From an uncultured Actinomycetota bacterium (GTDB lineage Bacteria > Actinomycetota > Thermoleophilia > Solirubrobacterales > Solirubrobacteraceae), in assembly GCA_963790605.1 (NCBI GenBank), contig CAWBPG010000006.1, forward strand, positions 175,994 through 239,993: DNA of 64,000 nucleotides. Reading direction: 5' to 3'. A program made the translations under genes and the position numbers. Below, in pieces: positions 56,382 through 64,000 of the stretch. Each line of letters starts with the position of its first letter. Position 1 is the stretch's first letter. The notes under the pieces are model-generated. The model ran no database searches. It was given only the letters and a program-made list of their open reading frames with translations, and was not told where the DNA came from.

Positions 56382-57253
56382 TCAGTCCTTGACCAGATTC
56401 AGCACCGAGGCCAGCTCGGCGCGCTGGCGCTCCTCGGATCGATGGATCTTCTCGTCGATGGTGGTGGTGCCCGACCCGGCGCCCGAGCCGCTGCCTGGCC
56501 CGGCCCGCCGCCGATGACCGTCGTGCCGGACCCTGACCCCGAGTTGCCGTTGCGCTTGGTGCCGCCCTCGTGACGGGAGCCGCCTCCGCCACCGCCCCCG
56601 ATGACCGTCGTGCCCGAGCCCGACCCGGAGTTGCCGTCGTGCTTGGCGCCGCCGTTGTGATCGGGCCGCCCCCGATCACCGTCGTCCCCGAGCCGACGCC
56701 CGGATGCTTGTCGCCGCCGCTGTGCTTGTCGCCGCCGCCGTGCTTCTCGCCCGAGTGGCCGGAGTGCCCGAGCCGGCGGGGGCGGGGCCAGTCCCGCGCC
56801 GCCCGAATAGTGCGTGCCGCCGGGCGCGCTCGGATTTGAGTGGTACCGGGCCGCGGAGTGTTTGGCGGTGCGGTGCTCCGAGCTGGCGTGCTTGGCGGCG
56901 GCGTGATGGGTGCTCGTGCTCGTATGCCCTGACCCGGTCGGGGAGGCCGATGTCCGCCGCCCGTTGGGGCTGATCCGCCGCTGGCGTGGGTGATGCGCTG
57001 CTCGATGCGCTCGTAGGCCTCGGCCGCCTCGCCGAGGCGGCGCGTCAGGTCCTGGAGCTGGCCCGCCGAGCTCGGAGACCCCGTAGTGCCAGGTGCCGCA
57101 GAAGTGCTCGAGCTCTGACTCCAGCGCCTGGCCGCCGACGGTGCCCCACTGGTGCCAGATGACCGTGTGCATGCCGACGAGCTGGTCCTGGAGGCGACCC
57201 AGCGTGTCGCGAACTGCGACGAGCGTGCGTGAATCGACGACAAACCCGGACAT
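56382..57253 (-). CDS. WXG100-like protein with YxxxE signal and Gly/Ser/His-rich tail (frameshifted)
   Basis: F.VD..L..LGRL, F..W.YG, AEAYERIE; GSGTTVIGGG repeats. Confidence 0.7.
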
Positions 57254-57260
57254 GGCAAGG

Positions 57261-57321
57261 AGTATCAGGCGGCGCGCGTGGGTCCGGAAGTGACCCGGGG
57301 TATGGAGCGAGCAGTACCCGG
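57261..57321 (-). promoter_or_regulatory. T7SS substrate promoter/operator, copy B (divergent region with eccC)
   Basis: +strand agtatcagg-N20-gtgacccggggtat-N10-gtacc; same spacing as copy A. Confidence 0.65.
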
Positions 57322-57355
57322 TGTGCCCACCCGTCGGTACGCTCAGCCCGCGTAG

Positions 57356-60300
57356 ATGCGCGTAGTACTCGACAATCACGCCGGCGCGCCCAGAGGACCT
57401 GGAGCTCCGGCTCGGACGCGAGGACGCCACGGTCGGCGATCTGCTCGACGCCCTGCCCGATGCCGCCCAGGCCCGCGGCATCGTCGTCGACGGCCGCTTC
57501 TGCCACGTCGACCTCGCGCTCACCGAGATCGGCCTCTACGAGGGTGCGCGCATCCAGCCCGCCGATGGCGCCCCCGTGGCGCGCGAGCCCGCGCCGACCG
57601 TCCTCGAGCTGCGGGTCATCGCCGGCTTCGATGCCGGCCAGTCGCGTGCCGCTGACCGCCGCGGGCGTCGATCGTGGGCCGCGACGCGCGACTGCGATCT
57701 CGCGCTCGAGCGACGAGGGCGTCTCCCGCCGCCATCTGCGCGTCCAGCCCAGCCCGGGCGGCCTGCGCGCCACCGTCACCGACCTCGAATCGGTCAACGG
57801 CACGTGGGTGGAGGGCAAGCGCATCCGCCAGCCCACCGATGTCGAGCCCGAGGCCGTGTTCGAGGCCGGCGACGTGGCCTTCATCGTGGCGCCGCGGATC
57901 GCCGGCTCTGCCGGTGGACCCGGTGCGCCAGGCGAATCTGGCGGGGACGATCCCGTTCAACCGCCCCCCGCGCAACCGCCCGCCTCGCGGGCGACGACGC
58001 CCTCACCGCGCCCGAGGAGCCCAAGGAGGCCTCACGGCCGCGCTTCAGCTTCGCCTCGGCGTTCGGCCCGCTCATCCTCGGCGTCGTGATGGTGCTCGTG
58101 CTCAAGAACATCCTGTTCGCGCTGTTCTGCCTCCTCAGCCCGGTGATGGTCATCGGCAGCTGGCTCGAGCAGCGCCGGCAGGCGACCCGTACCTCCCGTG
58201 GCGACCGCCGCGAGTACGAGCGACAAGATGAAGGCGTTCAGGCGCGACGTCGCCACAGCGTCAGGCGGACGAGCTCACCCGCCGCCGCGAGTCCTTCCCC
58301 GACCTCGCCGAGATCATCCGCCGCGCCACCGCGCCCGACCCGCGCCTGTGGGAGCGGCGCCCCTTCGACGATGACTTCCTGGCCCTCTCGGCCGGCTACG
58401 GCGAGGTCCCGTTTCGCCCGCGGCTGGCCGATCGCCACTCGCCCGCGGCCGAGGCCGAGGTCGTGCTCGCCGAGCACGGCTGGCTCGGGCTGGCGCCGGT
58501 CGAGGTGCCCCTGGCCAAGGGCGGGGTCGTCGGAATCGTCGGCGAGCGCGGCCAGGCGCTCAGTCGTGGCGCGCGCGCTGCTGTGCCAGGCCGCCGTCCT
58601 CCACGGTCCCGCCGACCTCACCGTCGCTGTCCTCACCGAGCCCGAGGGCCGCGAGGACTGGGACTGGGTCAAGTGGCTGCCGCACGCGCGCGACGCCGGC
58701 GGCGCCGCCGGGCGCCAGCTCGCGGTGGGAACGACGGCCGGCGCGGCGCTGGCGGCGCGAGCTCGCCGATCGCGACGACGACGACCCGCGCCAGGTGCTG
58801 GCGGTGCTCGACAGCCCCGCGCTGATCGAGGGTCGCGGCGCGGCGGGCCGGGCACTGCTGCGCGCCGGTGAGAAGGTCTCCGGGATCGTGATCGCGCGCA
58901 CCAGCGAGCGGCTGCCGGCGGCGTGCACGACCGTCGTGGAGCTGGCCGACGAGGCGGGCGAGGCCAGGCTCCTGCGTCCCCAGACCGGTCAGCGGATCGA
59001 CCCACTGCTCGTGGCCGGGATGTCGCCGAGAGGTCGCCCGCGAGTGCGCGGTCGCGCTGGCCCGCTTCGAGGACGCCGACCTCCAGCTCGCCGGCGGCGC
59101 GCTGCCGGCCCACGTCGGGCTGCTCTCGCTGCTGGGGATGGGCGAGCCCGACGGCGGCGACCTGCGCCGGCGCTGGGCCTCCACCACCGGCGAGATCGGC
59201 CTGGTGGCGCGCTTCGCGCTCTCCGAGGACGGCCCGCTCGACATCGACCTCGTCGGCGACGGGCCCCACGGCCTGGTGGCCGGGACCACCGGCGCGGGCA
59301 AGAGCGAGCTGCTGCGCAGCCTGGTCGCCGCGCTGGCCGCCGGGCACTCGCCGCTGCGCATCAACTTCGTGCTCGTCGACTACAAGGGCGGCTCGGCGTT
59401 CGGCGAATGCGCCGAGCTGCCGCACACGGTGGGCATGGTCACCGACCTCGACGAGCAGCTGGGCGAGCGCGCGCTGCTCTCCCTGGAGGCGGAGCTGCGC
59501 TACCGCGAGCGGGTCCTGCGCGAGCACCGGGCCACCGACCTCATCGAGTACGACCGCCTCGTCGCGCAGAGCGAGGCGGGGCGGCGCGGGACCGCTTCCC
59601 CGCCTGCTGGTTGTCATCGACGAGTTCGCCACGCTGGCCTCCGAGCTGCCCGACTTCGTCCCCTCGCTCGTCGGGATCGCGCAGCGCGGGCGCAGCCTCG
59701 GCGTGCACATGCTGCTGGCCACCCAGCGTCCGTCGGGCGCGGTCAACGAGAACATCCGCGCCAACACCAACCTCCGCGTCTGCCTGCGCGTGCAGACCCC
59801 GCAGGACTCCAGCGACGTCATCGACTCGCCCGCGGCGGCCAAGATCCCGCGCAACCAGCCGGGGCGCGCCCAGGTCCGACTGGGCCCGTCGGAGCTCATC
59901 CCGGTGCAGACGGCGCTCGTCTCCGGCATCACGGCCGGTCCGGCTGCCGCTGCCGTGTCCACCGAGCCGTTCGTCGTCACCGGCGACGGTGAGCGCCAGA
60001 ACGGCAGCGAGGCCGACTCCTCGGCGGCATCCGATCTTCAGCGCCTCGTCGTCGCCGCCACCGACGCCTTCGCCGGCGCTCACACGCTGCGCCGGCCGTG
60101 GCTGCCGCCCCTGCCCGGGAACGTGGGGCTCGACGAGCTGCTGGCGATGGGGCCGCCGCGCGCGCTCGGCGGCGACACGGCGTGGTCGTCCCGCTCGCCC
60201 TCGCCGACGACCCCGAGGCTCAGGCCCAGTATCCGATCGGCTGGAACCTCGAACGCGGGGAACCTACTGCTGTACGGGATCGGCGGCAGCGGCACGACCA

Positions 60301-61616
60301 CGGCGCTGAGCACGCTGGCGCTGGCGCTGGCCGAGACGTCGGATCCCGCCCGCCTGCACATGTACGTCATGGACTTCGGAGCCGGCGAGCTGGGCGCGCT
60401 TTCCGGCCTGCCGCACGTGGGCGCGGTGATCGGGGCCGCGGAGCACGAACGCCAGCGGCGGCTCCTGCGCCGGCTGCGCGGCGAGCTCGGCGTGCGCCGC
60501 TCGATGGACCCGGCGGCGCGGGCCTCGGCGCCCCGGATCGTCGTGCTCCTGGACGGCTACGGGGGCTTTGCCTCAGAGCACGGCGACATCGGCGGCGATG
60601 CCCTGCGCGAGGCGCTGGCCCGGGTCTGGGCCGACGGCGCCGAGCTCGGCATCCACGTGGCCATCGCCGCCGACCGCCTGGGTGCGGTCCCCACCGCGCT
60701 GGCCTCACTGGCCCAGCAGCGGCTCGCCTTCCAGCTCGCCGACGTGGCCGACTACGCCCAGTTCGGCCTGATGCGTCGGGCGATCCCGCACTTCGTACCC
60801 GGCCGCGCCGTCGTCGGCGGATCGGCCCAGGTGATCCAGGTGGCTCGGGGGCCGGAGGAGTCGAGTCTGGCCGAGGACGTCGCCGTTCGCGCGGAGCGGG
60901 CGGGACAGGTGCCCGGCGCCACGCCGGCCGAGGGGGGACCGCCGCCGGTCGGGGTGCTGCCCGAGAGCGTCGGCATCGACGCGCTGCTGGGCGCCGGCCG
61001 CGCCGAGCGCGAGCCGCTGTTCATCCCGTTCGGGATCGGCGACGAGACCCTGGAGCCGGCGGGCTTCGAGCTCTACGAGGGGGACCACGCGATGATCGCC
61101 GGGCCCGCCCGGACCGGGCGCACCACGGCGCTGGTGGTGGTGGCCGCAGTGCTCTCGCGGCTGTACCCGGACATCCCTCTGGTGGGCGTCGCCACGCGCC
61201 GCTCGGCGCTGCGCGAGTGCGCCGCGCTGAGCAAGGTGGTTACCGCTGCCGAGGAGCTGGGCGAGCTGGTCACCGAGCTGCGTGAGGCCGAGCAGCTCCA
61301 CGTGCTGCTCGTCGACGACGCCGACGTGGTCGATGATCCCACCCGTGGGCTCTCGGACCTGTTCGCCGCACCGCGCGCCAACCTGCACGCGATCATCGCG
61401 GGGCGCACCGACGCCCTCAAGACGCTGGGGCACTGGAGCGTCGGGGTCCGGCGCGCGCGCACCGGCCTGCTGCTCCAGCCCGATGTCCAGGTCGACGGAC
61501 CCCTGCTGGGCGTGACCCTCCCACGGCGCCCGACGCCCCCGGTCCGCGCGGGATGCGGCTACCGCGTCGACCCCGGCGGCTTCGAGCTCGTCCAGGTGGC
61601 CGTGGCGGATACCTGA
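57356..61616 (+). CDS. type VII secretion FtsK/SpoIIIE ATPase (EccC/EssC-like) with ubiquitin-like and FHA domains (frameshifted)
   Basis: FHA (GR..VSRRH..S.NGTW), PFNRPPR, 2 TMs, LWERR, GPHGLVAGTTGAGKSELL, VVIDEF, ATQRP, further ATPase domains GIGGSGTTT and GPARTGRTT. Confidence 0.9.
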
Positions 61617-61625
61617 GGCCCCCAC

Positions 61626-62126
61626 TCACTTCAACCAAGCCGGCGGGTCCAGGATGCCCGGAGTCGCCTGCTGGGTTCGTCCGAGCAGATCGTTGATCAC
61701 CGTGTCGGCGTATCGGCGCGTGCGCCGCCGTGGGCTGGCGATGTAGGTGATCAGCGCGCTGGCCCGCACGGTGCGGCCGTCCTTGAGCTGGATCGCGACG
61801 ATCCCGCCGGTGCCCGACACCATCGGGGCTGCGGTATAGGCCGCGTTATGGATGTCCGCGATCTGGTCATAGGCGATGTGGTAGGTGCGCAACGGGTTGC
61901 GCACCGTGACGCCGTCGCCGTCGGCGATGACCGCGCATGCCGCCCAGCGCAGGAACAGCGCCACCACGACGCACCCCACCACGATCGCGCCCACCTGGTT
62001 GCCCGTCCCCTTGCCACCCATCGCCGCCACCACCGCCACGAACACAACGAACGCGGCGCCCAGGAGATACCCGGCGGCTCGGGCCTTCGAGTAATAGACC
62101 CGTCGCGACTGGGGATCAGCCGACAC
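61626..62126 (-). CDS. 2-TM + bacterial PH-like domain membrane protein
   Basis: Two TMs then ADGDGVTVRNPLRTYHIAY..I..I..L.DG. Confidence 0.7.
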   Translation of the reverse strand: MSADPQSRRVYYSKARAAGYLLGAAFVVFVAVVAAMGGKGTGNQVGAIVVGCVVVALFLRWAACAVIADGDGVTVRNPLRTYHIAYDQIADIHNAAYTAAPMVSGTGGIVAIQLKDGRTVRASALITYIASPRRRTRRYADTVINDLLGRTQQATPGILDPPAWLK

Positions 62127-62156
62127 GGGCGAACCGTACCACGAGGCTCCGGCGCC

Positions 62157-62684
62157 TCAGCCCAGGCGAGCGGTGGCCGCCAGGGCGTCGAACAGGTGCT
62201 CCCAGTCCTCGGTGTCGGCCGCCTGAGGGGTGTCGAGCGTGATCGTCAGCAGGCCGTGCTCGGTGTGCAGCAGGTACTGGACCTGGAGCGCTGCCACGGG
62301 CAGGTCGCCGACCGTCGTCAAAACCAGCCGCCGGACGCGCAACCCGCTGCCGGCCGCCAGCGTGATCGCCGATACGTCGGCGTCGGAATCGGCGAACGCG
62401 TTGTCGCCGGCTAACGCCTGGACGTCCAACGGCGCTTGCGAGATCGGCGCGGCGGGCCCGGCCAGCGTCACCGACAGCCCCGCGGCCAGCGGTTCCCGCG
62501 ACTCGGTCACCGCCACCAGACTGCGCAGCATCAGCAGCTGCGCCTGGGCGGTCCCGCGCTCAGCGCCGGCCAGCGCGTTGGCCAGCGGCGCGCCCAATGC
62601 CTGCTCGGCGGCCGGGTCCAGCAGGTCCAGCTCCTGCCACTGGGGCGGCACCGCGATGGCGAAGGTGAGGTTGCCGTTGCTCAT
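62157..62684 (-). CDS. hypothetical T7SS-associated cytoplasmic protein
   Basis: Overlaps stop of substrate gene; VP..W..LDL, QYL..LL.ITL.TP..LFDALA.T. Confidence 0.6.
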   Translation of the reverse strand: MSNGNLTFAIAVPPQWQELDLLDPAAEQALGAPLANALAGAERGTAQAQLLMLRSLVAVTESREPLAAGLSVTLAGPAAPISQAPLDVQALAGDNAFADSDADVSAITLAAGSGLRVRRLVLTTVGDLPVAALQVQYLLHTEHGLLTITLDTPQAADTEDWEHLFDALAATARLG

Positions 62685-64000
62685 CCGTCCTTACCTCCAC
62701 CGTCGTCTGGGAAGGCCACGTCCTTGGCTCGGTCATAGCCGTAGTGGACTGCCTCGTTGCCGGCGTCCAGGCGGCGCTCGACGGTCTTGGCGGCGGCCAG
62801 CGACGAGGACACGTGGGACTGCACGTAGTTGAGGCCGTGCGAGCCGGAGAGGCCGTTGGTGGCGGCCCGGAGCGCCGACTTCTGATCGGAGCTCAGCTCG
62901 GAGTACGCCTGGGAGGCGGTCATCCCGCCGTCGCGGCCGGCCACGTATGTCTCCAGCGCGCTCTGCTGGCCCTCCAGCGCCTTGGCGTCGGTGCCGGCGG
63001 CACGGAGACCGGGAACCTTGCCCGCCGCGCCGACCAGGGACGTGGCGTCCAGGCCGACCGTCGTCCAGCTGCCCTTGCCCTCAGCGGCGAGCGCTCCGTC
63101 GACGCCGGTCTTGGCGGCGCCCAGCACCAGGCCGGCACCGCCGGCGACGCTGTCGGCGGTGGCGAACGCCGCCGCGGCGCCCTCGAACCCGACCGCATCC
63201 AGGGGGCAGACGATGACCGCTGCCACCAGGGCGACGGCGCCCGCGACCGTGCCCAGGTCGCCGCCGAGCTTCGACCACGCCTTGAGATCGCCGGGATGCG
63301 CGCACACCGCCTCGATGTCTGACGGCAGGCTCTTGGCGGCGTCGTACACGCCCGTGGCCATCTTGGCGATGAACTTGCCCGCGCCGGCGAAGAAGTGTCC
63401 GGCGTCGTCCATGAAGTTGCCGATCGAGCTCATCACCCCACCCCAGAAGCTCTGGCTGGGGGCCACACCGGCGGCGGAGGAAACCCGAGACCGGGCGTGC
63501 CCGCGGACCGTATCGAACTCGTCCAGCACTCGGTAGGCCTGACCCTCGAGTCCCGACAGCTCGCCCTGCAGGCGGCCGACCGCGCCGCTGGCGCTCTGCA
63601 CGGCGCTGTGGGCAGTGACCACGGCCGGGCTGCTCGGCTTGGCCTTCGGTGCCGATGTGGCCGTGCTGAGATTGCTCTGGGCGGTGGTCAGGTTTCCCTG
63701 CGCTGTGGTCAGGCCCGACTGCGTGCTGGAGATCTGGCTCGCCAAGGAGCGGAACTGTGACTTCAGCGGACTCAGGTCCGTGCTGTAGCGGTCCAGCGCG
63801 GACGCGGTCTCTCCGTAGGACTGCTGGACCTTCTGCAGGTCGCCGGGGAGCTTGCCCAGCTGGGTGCGGAACGCGTTCGCGGCGCCGCCGGTCCAGGTGG
63901 CGGCGTTGTGTGCCCCGTGCAGGCCGTCGATCGCGGTCTGGGCCTCGGAGGCCACGCGGTGGAAGGCGCTGGCCAGGGACTCGACCTCGCCGGGGTCCGC
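62681..64000 (-). CDS. WXG100-like T7SS substrate with coiled coil and Gly/Ala hydrophobic region (5' end outside window)
   Basis: DPGEVESLA..F..WTG.AA.AFR..L..LP.DL; same N-domain as 52443-53541. Confidence 0.8.
   Translation of the reverse strand, partial: ADPGEVESLASAFHRVASEAQTAIDGLHGAHNAATWTGGAANAFRTQLGKLPGDLQKVQQSYGETASALDRYSTDLSPLKSQFRSLASQISSTQSGLTTAQGNLTTAQSNLSTATSAPKAKPSSPAVVTAHSAVQSASGAVGRLQGELSGLEGQAYRVLDEFDTVRGHARSRVSSAAGVAPSQSFWGGVMSSIGNFMDDAGHFFAGAGKFIAKMATGVYDAAKSLPSDIEAVCAHPGDLKAWSKLGGDLGTVAGAVALVAAVIVCPLDAVGFEGAAAAFATADSVAGGAGLVLGAAKTGVDGALAAEGKGSWTTVGLDATSLVGAAGKVPGLRAAGTDAKALEGQQSALETYVAGRDGGMTASQAYSELSSDQKSALRAATNGLSGSHGLNYVQSHVSSSLAAAKTVERRLDAGNEAVHYGYDRAKDVAFPDDGGGKDG

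Noticed and set aside
57356-61616. Conjugative or chromosome-segregation FtsK (AICE TraB)
   Set aside because: FHA plus three ATPase domains and WXG100-like neighbours fit T7SS; no Rep, relaxase or gamma domain
1-64000. Widespread frameshifts as pseudogenisation or programmed frameshifting
   Set aside because: They also hit conserved housekeeping genes with intact motifs; sequencing indels are the simpler explanation

Overview
High-GC actinobacterial DNA; gene content and the style of the secreted proteins suggest Thermoleophilia/Solirubrobacterales (inference). Many genes are split across frames by 1-bp indels, even housekeeping ones, so most frameshifts are probably long-read errors and boundaries are approximate. 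Four blocks: (1) ~0.4-32 kb, a cell-surface glycopolymer locus with a Wzx-like flippase, a polytopic membrane protein, 4 glycosyltransferases, two tandem HPr-kinase-like P-loop proteins, a YvcK/CofD-like protein, 4 secreted phosphoesterases, 2 GH16-like proteins, Ig-like surface proteins, a degenerate serine recombinase and a NarL-type cluster with two pseudo-receivers; (2) ~33-39.4 kb, gene fragments, an ABC exporter with a two-component system, and an integrase remnant; (3) ~39.5-48 kb, core genes (thiolase/FabG4-like/MaoC, MarR-MFS, DEAD helicase, cyclophilin); (4) ~48-64 kb, a non-canonical type VII secretion locus: a ubiquitin-like+FHA+FtsK EccC/EssC ATPase, three WXG100-like substrates (one with an NlpC/P60-type peptidase), an FHA-HTH regulator and a promoter/operator shared by two substrate genes. 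Four secreted proteins, three distinct types, end in the same unrecognised basic CxGxxCP C-terminal domain. No rRNA, tRNA or CRISPR array was seen.
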